Source: Stegostoma tigrinum
Lineage: Eukaryota
NCBI RefSeq assembly: GCF_030684315.1
Contig: NC_081394.1
Location: 17,032,658-17,096,657, forward strand
Length of the DNA stretch: 64,000 nt
Direction of reading: 5' to 3'
The position numbers were made by a program, and so were the translations under genes. Below are positions 38,046 through 50,565 of this stretch, piece by piece. The notes beneath the pieces were generated by a model that made no database searches, was not told where the DNA came from, and saw nothing but the letters and a program-made list of their open reading frames with translations. Positions within the stretch are counted from its first letter, which is position 1; each line of letters opens with the position of its first letter.

Positions 38046-39132
38046 CCTCGTTGCTTCACTCACCAACCTGAAAATTACGGCGCCAAAATGATCTCCCGCT
38101 TTCTGTCTAATTTGAAAAGCCCGCCAATATGTACAAACGTTTTAGAAAGCGGAATGCATAAACACTTTCTACGAGGTAATTTACTTTTAGTTTACAAATG
38201 TATACTTAACACTTTTTAAAGAAATATCTCATTCCTTTTTTTCCCTTCAATATGTCCATTTCCGATCTTTAATGCGTTTTCTTAACCGTAAGGACAGTCG
38301 GAAACGAAAACCGAGCGCCAAAAACTGCACCCTGCGCATATTCATTTTCTTTCCTATTTCAAGAGCGCCCCGTCATATTGATACAACATCACACAATGTT
38401 TTTACCGGTGAGCGCATTAATGTTGCAAACATTATTTTAAAGTGGCCCTTCCTTACTGCACTGGATCTGAATAACTCCACACCAGTCAGGCAGCTGTTCT
38501 GCTTTTTATCTCGGTTCGCTTTGAAAGTCTGTCACCAATGACAGAAAGGCTCGTTGACAGTAATCTGTAAAATCTTACAAAATCCCGGTGGACAGTTGGA
38601 AATAAAACAAAATTGCTCACCGCGCGCTAATTCTTCCTACCGGGGGGTAATCAAGTTTGGGCACACTCTTATTTCTGTTTGACAGAAGGTGATACCTTGG
38701 GTTCATGCGGCATCGGGGTCGAGTAAAGAGTGATTTGAACAATGTAACTGAGAAATGACTCGGAAGTTGAGGAATGATCTTATTATGTTTACAAAATCAT
38801 GAGGGGGCAAAGATAAGGTGAATGGCAAATGTGTTTTCCTTAGGAGGGGGATTTCAAGACGGGGGATATATTTTTAAGTTTAAAGAATTAAGATTTTTTT
38901 TAAGAAAAGACTGTAATGACTCATATGCAGTCCATTATCAAGGAAAATAGGCTGTATTGGAACTCAACCGAGAATAAAGCACACAGAATCTCCTTGACCA
39001 CTCTAATTTACAGATCATTTTATAAAAGGCAAACATTGAACTGAAATTTAAAATTTCTCCGCACCAACTGCAAAGAAAAGTTCATCAGTATTAAAAACAT
39101 CCAGGTTCAGCTGTTTAAGGGAATTTGTGGGT

Positions 39133-39148
39133 GGCTCTTAAAAGAGCC
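39133..39148 (-). terminator. Histone 3' stem-loop of H2B (consensus)
   Basis: Minus strand CCCAAA-GGCTCT-TTTA-AGAGCC-ACCCA, then AAACAGCTG downstream element. Confidence 0.95.
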
Positions 39149-39176
39149 TTTGGGTTTTTCAGTGCCAAGTGGCGTT

Positions 39177-39554
39177 TCACTTGGAGCTGGTGTACTTGGT
39201 CACCGCCTTCGTGCCCTCCGACACGGCGTGCTTGGCCAGCTCCCCGGGCAGCAGCAGGCGTACGGAAGTCTGGATCTCCCGGGAGCTCATGGTGCTGCGC
39301 TTGTTGTAACGGGTCAAGCGGGAAGCCTCCCCTGCGATACGCTCGAAAATATCCTTGACGAACGAGTTCATGATACTCATGGCCTTGGAGGAGATCCCGG
39401 TGTCGGGGTGAACCTGCTTCAACACTTTGTAGATGTAGATGGAGTAACTTTCTTTCCTGGACTTTCGCCTCTTCTTGCTGCCTTTCGCTGGCGCCCTCTT
39501 CACCGCTTTCTTAGCGCCCTTCTTAGCAACTGGCCCTTTCTTTTCTTCAACCAT
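39177..39554 (-). CDS. H2B: Histone H2B, replication-dependent, intact 125-aa ORF
   Basis: [34 protein letters not shown]...[26 protein letters not shown]; intronless; consensus stem-loop. Confidence 0.95.
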   Translation of the reverse strand: MVEEKKGPVAKKGAKKAVKRAPAKGSKKRRKSRKESYSIYIYKVLKQVHPDTGISSKAMSIMNSFVKDIFERIAGEASRLTRYNKRSTMSSREIQTSVRLLLPGELAKHAVSEGTKAVTKYTSSK

Positions 39555-39589
39555 GGTGACAGAATCAGGGAGAGCGGGCCCGGAGCTGG

Positions 39590-39705
39590 CTTTTTGCAGA
39601 CTGTGGGCGTCAGCAATGCAAATGAAGGATGGGGAAAGCCTCGTTCCTCATTGGTTACTTTATACGCTGTCAAAACCCTCATGCTAAATCTCTCTGTGAT
39701 TGGGG
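39590..39705 (-). promoter_or_regulatory. H2B promoter with octamer and CCAAT boxes
   Basis: ATGCAAAT at 39616-39623 (the H2B-typical Oct-1 site); ATTGG at 39650 and 39699; the expected TATA position reads TGCAAAAA. Confidence 0.8.
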
Positions 39706-39799
39706 AGTGTGGGTCTAAAAGTGAATCTGTCAGGAACTGCATCTAAATGTTGTGTGGAACTTGATTTTATTCCTGTCAATCTGACTGAGGGAGAATTGA

Positions 39800-41367
39800 G
39801 ACAGTCCCTCTTCCGCACATACACATGCCCCAATCCCCACCTCTTCCTCCGTTACATTGATGACTATCAGCGCCGCTTCTTGCTCCCCAGAGGAGCTCGA
39901 ACAGTTCATCCACTTCACAATCACCTTCCAACCCAAACTTGAGTTTACCTGGGCCATCTCCAGCGCATCCCTCACCTTCCGGCACCTCTCAGTCTCCATC
40001 TCAGGCAACCAGCTTGTAACTGATGTCCATTTCAAGCCCACCGACTCCCACAGCTACCTAGAATACACCTCCTCCCACCCACACTCCTGCAAAAATTCCA
40101 TCCCGTATTCCCAATTCCTCCGCCTCCGCCGCATCTGCTCCCACGATGAGGCTTTCCACTCCCGCACATCCCAGATGTCCAAGTTCTTTAAGGACCGCAA
40201 CTTTCCCCCCCCAGTGGTCGAGAACGCCCTTGACCGCGTCTCCCGCATTTCCCGCAACACATCCCTCACACCCCGCCCCCGCCACAACCGCCCAAAGAGG
40301 ATCCCCCTCTTTCTCACACACCACCCCACCAACCTCCGGATACAACGCATCATCCTCCGACACTTCCGCCATCTACAATCCGACCCCACCACCCAAGACA
40401 TTTTTCCATCCCCTCCCCTGTCTGCTTTCCGGAGAGACCACTCTCTCCGTGACTCCCTTGTTCGCTCCACACTGCCCTCCAACCCCACCACACCCGGCAC
40501 CTTCCCCTGCAACTGCAGGAAATGCTACATTTGCCCCCACACCTCCTCCCTCACCCCTCTCCCAGGCCCCAAGATGACTTTCCACATTAAGCAGAGGTTC
40601 ACCTGCACATCTGCCAATGTGGTATACTGCATCCACTGTACCCGGTGTGGCCTCCTCTACATTGGGGAAACAAAGCGGAGGCTTGGGGACCGCTTTGCAG
40701 AACACCTCCGCTCGGTTCGCAATAAACAACTGCACCTCCCAGTCGCAAACCATTTCCACTCCCCCTCCCAATCTTTAGATGACATGTCCATCATGGGCCT
40801 CCTGCAGTGCCACAATGATGCCACCCGAAGGTTGCAGGAACAGCAACTCATATTCCGCTTGGGAACCCTGCAGCCCAATGGTATCAACATGGACTTCACC
40901 AGCTTCAAAATCTCCCCTTCCGCCACCGCATCCCAAACCAGCTCAGTTCGTCCCCTCCCCCCACTGCACCACACAAACAGCCCTGCTCTTCCCCTCCACC
41001 CACTGCATCCCAAAACCAGTCCAACCTGTCTCTGCCTCCCTAACCTGTTCTTCCTCTCACCCATCCCTTCCTCCCACCCCAAGCCGCACCTCCATCTCCT
41101 CCCTACTAACGTCATCCCACCTCCTTGATCTGTCCGTCGTCCCTCACTGACCTATCCCCTCCCTACCTCCCCACCTATACTCTCCTCTCCACCTATCTTC
41201 TTTACTCTCCATCTTCGGTCCGCCTCCCCCTCTCTCCCTATTTATTCCAGAACCCTCACCCCATCCTCCTCTCTGATAAAGGGTCTAGGCCCGAAACGTC
41301 AGCTTTTGTGCTCCTGAGGTGCTGCTGGGCCTGCTGTGTTCGTCCAGCCTCACATTTCATTATCTTA
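39800..41367 (+). mobile_element. Young 5'-truncated Penelope-like retroelement (Neptune-type) with 14-bp TSD
   Basis: TGAGGGAGAATTGA at 39786-39799 and 41368-41381; FLRYIDD RT motif; GIY-YIG domain; hammerhead-like tail at 41273-41300. Confidence 0.93.
39857..41128 (+). CDS. PLE ORF fragment: RT thumb, Cys-rich linker and GIY-YIG endonuclease
   Basis: VHFKPTDSHSYL, SIPYSQFLRLRRICS, PCNCRKCYIC, NVVYCIHCTRCGLLYIGETKRRLGDRFAEH, EQQLIFRLGTLQPNGIN; frameshift just after YIDD, so probably not expressed. Confidence 0.8.
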   Translation: MMTISAASCSPEELEQFIHFTITFQPKLEFTWAISSASLTFRHLSVSISGNQLVTDVHFKPTDSHSYLEYTSSHPHSCKNSIPYSQFLRLRRICSHDEAFHSRTSQMSKFFKDRNFPPPVVENALDRVSRISRNTSLTPRPRHNRPKRIPLFLTHHPTNLRIQRIILRHFRHLQSDPTTQDIFPSPPLSAFRRDHSLRDSLVRSTLPSNPTTPGTFPCNCRKCYICPHTSSLTPLPGPKMTFHIKQRFTCTSANVVYCIHCTRCGLLYIGETKRRLGDRFAEHLRSVRNKQLHLPVANHFHSPSQSLDDMSIMGLLQCHNDATRRLQEQQLIFRLGTLQPNGINMDFTSFKISPSATASQTSSVRPLPPLHHTNSPALPLHPLHPKTSPTCLCLPNLFFLSPIPSSHPKPHLHLLPTNVIPPP

Positions 41368-44300
41368 TGAGGGAGAATTGATACGTGTCTGTGACACTGG
41401 AAGAGTTTTCAGCTGCACCTCAGTTTCAGATCCACTGTACGAATGTAATTAACACCGATTTATCACTTTCTGATCAATCCATACAATTTAATATAGACGC
41501 GTTTTTTTGTGTATGGCTCTTCTCTGAGCTTCATTGGCTGTCAAGTCAGTTGCATTCATTCTGCACTGGCGATTGTTATTTCAGACGATTTTGAAAGCAG
41601 TACCTTTTGAGAATGTAAATTGTGACCAAGTGTTTCTATTCTGCTTACGACACTCTCATGTCTGAGTGTGTTATTTTATTGTTTTTACGGCCTTAGATTT
41701 AGGATTAGAGTCAACTGCATTGTGCTATTAAGATTTTCAGGTTCATTATTTTAGTTTGCCCTATTCATCTCAGTGTCTTCTATGTGAAATTGGAAGTGTA
41801 CTACTTCTATGGTACTTGTATCTGTACTTGGCAGATTCCGATGTGTGATTGTGAGAGATTAATAATAAATTTATACCTGTCAGGTTCGGCTACGTGAGTG
41901 TGAATGCAGTTGTCAATTGTGCCTGTAGTTTGCTTTGCGAATGTCAGTGACATCAACTTTTTTTGTCTCTTGCTGCAATGTGAATGTGCGAGCATAGGTA
42001 TCAAACTGTACTTGTTTGTTTCTACTCGTGTATCAAATTAGTTTAACTCTCTGCCAGCCACTAATATTCTCTGTTATTGTGATTCATTCTGTGCGAGCAG
42101 TTATTGGGATTTTGACAGATGGTCTTAACCTCTTCCACATTTTGTAACTTAAGACTTGACTGTCAGTCTGTGGGGTGCTTTGTGGCTGGAAAATGTGTAT
42201 ATATCAGAAACTAGTCTTGTCTTTCAGTGCGGGACTTTTTTGAGCTGGTTATGTAGTATCACTGAGACATTTAGTTTTATTTCGAACTCGGATATTGTTG
42301 CTGCTTATTTGTGAAAGTCAGTTTTATTCTGCATGTCTGTCCATTTTTGTAGGATATTTTTACACTGACACATTGGACAACAGATTGTAGTTTCCTTTAT
42401 CACCAGAATCAGATTCACAGAAATGGTACAGCATGGAAGCAAGCAATTCAACCCACTCTGTCTGTACTGGGACATTCTGTTCTGCAGCTGTTCAGTACGC
42501 CACTTCCATGAATTGTTGGGAATGTGAGCTTCATCCACTCACTCTCAGTGTCGATATGTGAATACCAATTTGACATTAGTTCTGCAATCATCTGTCTTGT
42601 CAAGTATACAACAGTTTCAGGTAGAGTTTATGAATCTCATTCCCTGTTCAGTTGTGGTTGTGTATCTGTGTGTAGCATAAACTCTGAAAATATACACTGA
42701 ACCTGTGTGATTCAGAGAATATTTTTGCTCCAACATTTCTCTTTTCCATGAGGTTTAATTAATTGCATTCAGTCTGAGTTTTTTTAATGTGTGCTGAGGA
42801 GTATTTATCAGTCTCTGCTAGGCACCATAAGTATCTAATATTTGACACTAACCTCCACTGTTGTGATTAGTGATTTTGAGAGTCAGTTTACAACTATCCA
42901 TATCTGGAAATGTTTGAGGCAGGGATTCATTGTTTTCCTGTTTGGAATACACTGGCTGCGTGTGAGTGAATTTTCTCGTGATGCCAGTTTGTATCAATTT
43001 ATAAGACTTGACATGAATGAGACGTAACTTATTGCAATCTAAATGAAAGTGAATGTGTTTCCACTTTTGTCACTGTCTGACACTATATGCAGTGTGGATA
43101 ATTTCCACAACGTTTAGTCCATGGTACAGTTTATGATTAGTATTATTCTGGATAGTCAGTGTCTGGTCTGAATGTGTATTTCGAATAGTGTTGGTTATGT
43201 TTGTCAAAAGATCAGAGTTTTTATTTCATCCAGTATTCAATCTGTGTTTCTGTTTGAATGCAGGAGACTGTCTTTTTCTCATGCATGCCTTTTGACACAT
43301 TTAACAACAAAGTCTCATTTCAGTCATTTTCTGAGATGTGTGCTGCTTTTGAATTTGTACTTTTTGTGGAAACAAATTAAATTGCAACATTTGTTTCAAT
43401 CTGAAAATTAGCCTGCCATCTAATTTCTCCAGTGTACGAAGAGAATTGATACGTTTGTTCCATTTCCAACTGAGTCGCCTGTGAGGTTTTTGGAGGAATA
43501 ATTAAGCTGGAATTCAATTTACTTCTACGGCTACTTTACTGGAATTCATTTAGCATCATGCAATAGGTTCAGTATTTTATCTTGTAGCGAACAAGGGGAA
43601 TTTACTTGCTGACCAAGGTGATGCTATGCATTTATATCCTGTTAGAAGTGTATTTATGTACGAGGAATGAAGTTAATTCACTCACACCTTATCCTGTTAA
43701 CTCTTTTAACGAAAAGCTAGCTCTTACATCCACGTGATTTTTGTGGCTTGCGACTTTTTTGTTCTTTTTGACGTGGCAAAAGAAAAAAAAATAGAAAATA
43801 GTAAAGGTATATGATAATTTTCTATGTTAGTGTCAGAGGGAAAGTGCAATGAACAAATCAACTGCATTGCGGCTGACTGACCACAGTGATCCCAGTAAAG
43901 GAAAGAGATTTGGCTTACTCACTGCTATTTTCTTTTTTACTTCTATTTTCACTTTTTTTTATTTTAACCTATCAGTATTTGCAAATTTATTCTGTACCCT
44001 CTGTTTACCGGCACCATCTTGTTACATCTTCATTGTGTCAAGATTTCATCAGTGTCCTTCCAAACCTTAAATGCATGAATAAGAATAACCAGCAGAGACA
44101 GGAGCTGTTTGATCTTCAATGTGAATACAGAATTAATTTTGTTTGTTTCGTTTTACCAATCAGTTTGGGGATCAAAGGGACTGTGGGATTCAGTTTATTG
44201 CCCTTCAAAACTCTTCACATTCATGACAGACTGTTAACAGAGAAGAGCCAGATTGTTTTGTGAAGAACTTGGAAACTAAATTTTAACATTGAGGACTAAC

Positions 44301-44614
44301 GTCTCTCTCTGCTGTGCAAATGCACTTTTTTATCTTAAAAAAAATGTTTCTTCAAAGGAGCAACTATTGTGATACAAGAGGGATGCCCACACTAAACTGA
44401 CCAACTTCAATCTACCTAAACTGTGATACTGAGCAGTTCAAATGTTCCTTGTTAAGGGGAAAGCTAGTTATCTAAGTGGTGGGGGAGAGTTCTCAATTCG
44501 TGTCTCCTGTTATGAATGGGAAATAGCCTAAGTTCTTCAGGTGTTTGTGCCAGAAGGATTAGTGAAAACACATGTTGCAACAAAAGGAATCTGTGCTGTT
44601 GTTGACAATGGAAT

Positions 44615-44920
44615 AGGGTAGCACAGTGCTTAGCACTGCTGCCTCACAGCACCGGGGATCTGGGTTCAATTCCACCCTCAGGCAACTGTCTGTGTCAAGT
44701 ATGTACATTCTCCCTGTGCCTGCGTATGTTTCCTCTGGGTGTTCCACTTTCCTCTCATAGTCCAAAGATGTGCAGGCTAGGTGGTTTTGGCCATGCTAAA
44801 TTGCTGGTAGTGCTGGTGCATTTGTAGGGAGATGTTTCTGAGTGGGATGCTCTCAGGCTTGGTATGGACTGTTGGGCCAAAGGACCTGTTTCCATACTGT
44901 AGGGATTCTATGATCTATGA
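44615..44920 (+). mobile_element. tRNA-derived SINE (HE1/V-SINE-like) with CR1-like tail
   Basis: TTAGCACTGCTGCCTCACAGC...GGTTCAATTCC; AGTCCAAAGATGTGCAGG; tail GGGCCAAAGGACCTGTTTCC...TTCTATGATCTATG. Confidence 0.88.
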
Positions 44921-47150
44921 AATGGACCTTTTGTAACTGTTATCATGCTGGTTCTAACCAGGAGTTGTGATATCAAGGTTTGGTCATATCTATTTTTTTT
45001 CCACTGCACAGTGATTTTTTTTTTTTAATACTGCTGAAGTAGGTGTTAACTTTCTATGTTAGTGTCAAAGTGAAATTGTAATGAACAAATCCACTGCATT
45101 GTGGTTGACTGACCACAGAGGTCACAGTAAAAGAAAAGGATTTGGCTTGTTCATTTCTATTTTCTTTTGTGGCTAGGATGTTATCCTGTCCTGTACAGTG
45201 TTGCTCCATGGCAGGGAAGGGCAAGGCAGAAAGACTTTTTTGTTTTGTCATGCAGTGGAAAAATATGGAACAGTGAAACTAAATTTATTGAAGAATCAAT
45301 ACTGATAATTTTTTTAACGAAAGCAGCTTTATAAATCTCTCTGATTTGACTAAATCTGCCTTTCTCCACTGTTTTGAAAGATAGTTATTTGATTATATTA
45401 ATTATTTGATAACATGACATCAATTTATTTTTGCATGTTGTGCAATACCTCAGGGAAAGTCAAGAGGAACACGGGGATCTTTGAAGAACATTTAAGTTAA
45501 TTTCGAAACAAATGTATACATTTATTAAAATAAGTCTTTGTGCTGAAGAGAGAATAAAAGAAAAACCTGTTCCTCCAAAGTTAAGAAACTGAAGGAGAAA
45601 GTTGGGATAATGTTTGGGACAAAGAAAAGGATGACACTTCTTCTGCCACCATGATATATTTATGAAATGGGATTAGCATTGTTAGCTGATTTGTTTCTGA
45701 CCAGTGCAGACTTGATGGGCTCTTTCTCTGACTCGATGTGTGTGAGTGATAATCTTTTTGTATGTATCACTTTCTGTTAAATGCTCTGCAATATGGAACT
45801 CCATTGTTGTTTATTCTTGCATCATATCTGCAGTTATGTTGTTTGTATTTTGATGAACTAATTCTGAATTACACAGTTGCTTTGTGTGTCTGCATGCAGG
45901 AACCATTCTTGTTTTGTCAGCAACAAAAAAACAGAAAGTACTGGAAGAACTTAGTTCCAAATAATATTGTTTATTTGTTGTTTCTATGCATGGGATAAAG
46001 GAATAATTCTGTCCTTTGTTCAGTTTTCTTTAAACTAAATCCAAGTGTGATTCATTTTTTATTTTTGGTAAATCTTATCCTGCATGAGTGCAGTTTACCT
46101 TTATCTCTATATTTAATATATATCTCACGTTAAGTCACAGCATGATTTTTTTTTGAAACCATATTCGTAAGTTGAAAACTGCCCTTTAAATGTAGATTTG
46201 ATTCATTTCCTGAGTATATATTTTGAATGAGGATTCAGTCTATCCCGCTTCCAAATTTTGGAAATACCAATGTGCTATGAATGATGGAACTTATTTGAAA
46301 AGGGTTGGTGGGCATTATGAATGGAAAGAGAAAAAACAATAAACTTGCATTTCCTTCATGGTGTTTGGCTCATTGTTTTGTCATACCTCTCTTGAAATTG
46401 AGCTCAACGTGAGTCCGACCCAATGGCTCTGTGGCAGTGGAAAGGACGTTCTCCACTCTGGCAGTGGTAATATACCTGCTGTTTGTTAGAAGCACTGGTC
46501 ACATTTGGCTTTGCACTGAGGAAATATTACATTGTCATCACACTTCAAGTATTTTTCTAGAGAAGACAGAAGAGTTGTCGGCAAAGTTTGACTGTAGTGA
46601 ACTCATCAATGTAACATTCAGTTAATAATATTTAGAATTGTTTATTTAGAGGCAGCAATTCAAACAGAACTGTCAGTTTGATTCAGCCCTTGACCATAAC
46701 TGCATTTTGTCTGGTGATTTAAATAAAAATCTATCCAATGAAGTGAGATCTAGAAACTAATACCTGTACTGCTCCATGAAGGTTCTTACCCGATCGTACG
46801 TGGCTATGGGTTTTGGTATTGATACACACCAATCAGTTCCCACTTGGTGAATGTGCGAGTCTAGTTAAATTTGTGCCTGTCATTATGTGTTTTATGAATG
46901 TGTAAGTGACTGCAGTTATCAATCTGTCCTCTCTTGTAAATATTTACATATTCACACAGCAGACACTGAAAGGTACAGATTGATAATTACACATTAGAAA
47001 CTGACAGGGAATGCTGTATAAACATTTAAATGTACTTGTCAATAAATCTCTGTCTGTCTGTTTCTGGGATGTAAATATGTGAGTTTAGTTACCAATCTGT
47101 TTGTTAATTTATGCCATGCGAATATTTAAGTGCAGTCATCAATCTGAACC

Positions 47151-49208
47151 TAACAAGGTGTAGAAGTGAATGAACACAGCAGGCCAAGCAGCATCAGAGG
47201 AACAGGGAGGCTGATGTTTCTGGTCTGGACTCTTCTTCAGAAATGGGGGAGGGGAATGGGATTCTGAAATAAACAGAGAGGGTGAGGTGGATAAAGGAGC
47301 ATATAGATGGAGAGGAGATGGACAGGTAAAGGAGGTGGGAATGAAGCCTGTAAAGGTGAGTGCAGGTGGGGAGTTAGGATGGTGGTTGGTCAGTCAAGTG
47401 AAGACAGGCATGTCAAGGAAGCAGGGATGAGGCTGGGCGGTAGGTGGTGGGTGTGGGGTTGAGGTGGTATAGGTGGGAGAAAAGACAGACAGGTCAAGGA
47501 GTTTGGGACGAGCTGGGCTGGTTTTGGAATGAGGTCGGGGGTGGGGAGATTTTGAAGTCCATATTGAGACCATTGGGCTGCAGGGTTCCCAAGTGAAATA
47601 TGAGGTGCTGTTCTTGCAACCTTCACGTGGCATCATTGTGGCACTGGCGGAGGCTCAGGGTTGACATGTCATCCAAGGAGTGGGAGGAGGAGTTGTTGGT
47701 TCACGACTGGGAGGTGCAGTCATTTGTCGCGAACCGAGCGTAGGCATTCCACAAAGCAGTGTCCATTCCTCTGCTTGGTTTCCCTGATGTAGAGGAGGCC
47801 ACATCGGGAACAGTAGATACAATACACCACATTAGCAGATGTGCAGGTGAACATCTGTTTAATGTGGAAGGTTTTCTTGGGGCCTGGGATGAGGGTGAGG
47901 GGGAAGGTGTAGGGGCCAGTGTAACATTTCTTGCAGATGTAGGGAAAAGTGCCAGGGGTGGTGGGGCCAGTAGGGAGTGTGGAGCGGACAAGGGAGTCAT
48001 GGAGAGAGTGGTCCCTCCAGAAGGAAGATAATGGTGGGGAGGGGAAAATGTCCTTGGTAGTGGGGTCAGATTTCAGGCGGTGGAAGTGGCGTCATGTCAG
48101 GAGCAGATGTGACGGAGGCAAAGGAATTGGGAATAGGAGATGACATTCTTGCAGGAAGGTGGGTGAGAAGAGGTGTATTCTAGGTAGCCATGGGAGTCAG
48201 TAGGCTTGAAATAGATATCAGTAGTCCGTCCTGGACATCTTCAATACCCTCCTCTCCTACCTGGGCATCTTCGTTACCCCCCCCCCCCACCCGTTATCTG
48301 CCTTCTGGAGGGACTGCAGTCTCTGTAACTCCTTTGTCCGCTCCACACACCCCACTAGCCCCACCACCCCGGCGCTTTTCCCTGCAACTGCAGGAAGTGC
48401 TACACCTGCCCCTACACCTCCCCCCTCAACCCCATCCCAGCCCCCAAGAAAACCTTCCACATTAAACAGATGTTCACCTGCACATCTGCTAATGTGGTAT
48501 ATTGTATCTGCTGTTCCAGATGTGGCCTCCTCTACATCAGGGAAACCAAACGAAGGCTTGGACGCCGCTTTGTGGAACACTTATGCTCAGTTTGCGACAA
48601 ACATGAACCACTTCAATTCCCCCTCCCACTCCTTGGACAACATGTCCATCCTGCGCCTCTGCCAGTGCCACAATGATGCCATGCAAAAACTGCAGGAACA
48701 GCACTTCCTATTTCACTTGGGAATGTTGCAATGGTCTCAATGTGGACTTCACAAGCTTCAAAATGCACCCCATCACCGACCTCATCCCAAAACCTGCCCA
48801 GCTCATCTCCACCTCCTTGACCTCTGTCTTTTCTCCCACCTATCCCCCGCCTCTCACCTCAAACCCCACCACCATCCCCACCCCCTACCTATCAGCCTAA
48901 TCCGCTCCTCCTTGACCTGACCAACCCCCATCCTAACTCCCCACCTAAACGCACTTTTTACTGGCTCCATCATTGCCTCCTTGACCTGTCTGTCTCCTCT
49001 CCACCTATGTGCTCCTTTATCCACCTTCCTTCCACCTCCCCCTCTCTCTGTTTATTTCAGAGCCCCCTTCACCTCCCCCATTTCTGAAGAAGGATGCAGA
49101 CCTGAAACGTCAGCTTTCCTGCTCCCCTGCTGCTTGGCCTGCTGAGTTCACCCAGCTCTACACCTTGTTTTCTCAGATTCTCCAGCATCTGCAGTTCCTA
49201 CTATCTCT
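47151..49208. mobile_element. Large inverted PLE dyad (minus copy 47151-48222, plus copy 48225-49208)
   Basis: Both arms carry GIY-YIG remnants (NVVYCICCSRCGLLYIRETKRRL) and tails pointing outward; flanks ATCAATCTGAAC and ATTAATCTGTAC. Confidence 0.88.
49084..49111 (+). ncRNA. Minimal hammerhead ribozyme motif
   Basis: CTGAAGA-AGGATGCAGACCT-GAAA-CGTC. Confidence 0.5.
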
Positions 49209-49979
49209 ATTAATCTGTACATGTCGGTTTTTGCTTTGTGACTATGTGAATGCATTTATCATTCTTCTCTGTAAGTTTCAGTGTTGTGAATGTGAGAGTG
49301 GCGTTCTCAAACTGTACCTTTTGGACTGTGCTGCATGAATATATGAATATAGGTATCAGTATGTACCTGTCAATTTCTTCTATGCGAATATGCGAGTGTA
49401 CGTATAGATCTCTCCCTATCAGATTTGACAAAGTTAATATGTGAATGTGATTATTTATCTATGCCTGTCAGTTTCTGCTCTGTCAATATGAGTGCAGTTA
49501 TCATTTGCCTGTGAAATTGTCCATGTCAGTGTATGCTATCTGAAAACAACAGGACTGTTTATAATCAATGTGTTCCTTTCAGATTCTGTTATGTTCACGT
49601 GAATGAATTTTATCAGTCCATTTCTGGGTTTATGAATGTGCCAATGCATTTATTGTATGGTACCTACTTGTATAGTAAGGAATACAGGGGTCGTTATTAG
49701 TATCTACCTGGCAGTTTCTACTATTTCAGTGAGTTTAGATGTAAATCTATCCCTGTCAGAGTCTGCTGCATGCATACATAAATGTAGTTATTGATATGTA
49801 CCTGTCAGTTTCTCCAAGGTGAATGTGTGAGGTTAGTTAGCCAAATTTGACAGGTATAAACTGATACATCAATGTTTGAATGTATCTATGCTAGTCAGCT
49901 TCTACTCTCTCTGCACGTGAGTGTAGTTATCAATTTTTACTGTCAGATTCTGCTCTGTGAACATGCAGGCACGGTTATA

Positions 49980-50565
49980 GAACAAAGAAAATTACAGTAC
50001 AGGAACAGGCCCTTCAGCCCTCCAAGCCTGCACCGACATGTTGCCTGTCTTAACTAAAACCCCCTTTCCTTCCAGGGACTGTATCCCTCTATTCCCATCC
50101 TATACATATATTTGTCAAGATGCCCTTTAAAAGTCATTACAGTATCTGCTTCCACTACCTCCCCTGGCAGTGAGTTCCAGGCACCTACCACCCTCTGTGC
50201 TTTTAAAAAACAAACTTGCCTCATACATCACCTTTTAAACCTTGCCCCTTGCACCTTATACCCCTGGCCCCTGGTAACTAACACTTCCACCCCACGGGAA
50301 AAATCTCCAGTCTGTCAACACCCTTCATAATCTCGCAGACCTCTGTCAGGTCGCACCTCAACTTCCGGTGAGAACAACCCAACATTCTCCAACTTCTCCT
50401 TTATAGTTAATGCCCACCATAGCAGGCAACATCCTGGTAAATCTTTTCTGTACCCAATCCAAAGCCACCTCATCCTTCTGGTAGTGTGGTGACCAGAATT
50501 GAACATGGTATTCCAAGTACAGATTAACTAAGCTTCTATAACACTGCAACATTACCTGCCAATTT
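49980..50565 (-). mobile_element. CR1 3' fragment
   Basis: LEYHVQFWSPHYQKDEVALDWVQKRFTRML; tail ACAGGAACAGGCCCTTCAGCCC. Confidence 0.85.

Larger units (their letters stand above)
46840..49975. repeat. Degenerate ~49-bp minisatellite (46840-47150 and 49209-49975; also about 41810-42020), split by a PLE dyad
   Basis: Consensus about TATCAATCTGTACCTGTCAGTTTCTGCTGTGTGAATATGTGAGTGCAGT; three consecutive units counted at 49, 49 and 47 bp. Confidence 0.7.

Noticed and set aside
41400-46800. Possible snoRNA or miRNA cluster in the AT-rich region
   Set aside because: No convincing C/D box pairs with terminal stems, complete H/ACA folds or recognisable miRNA hairpins seen
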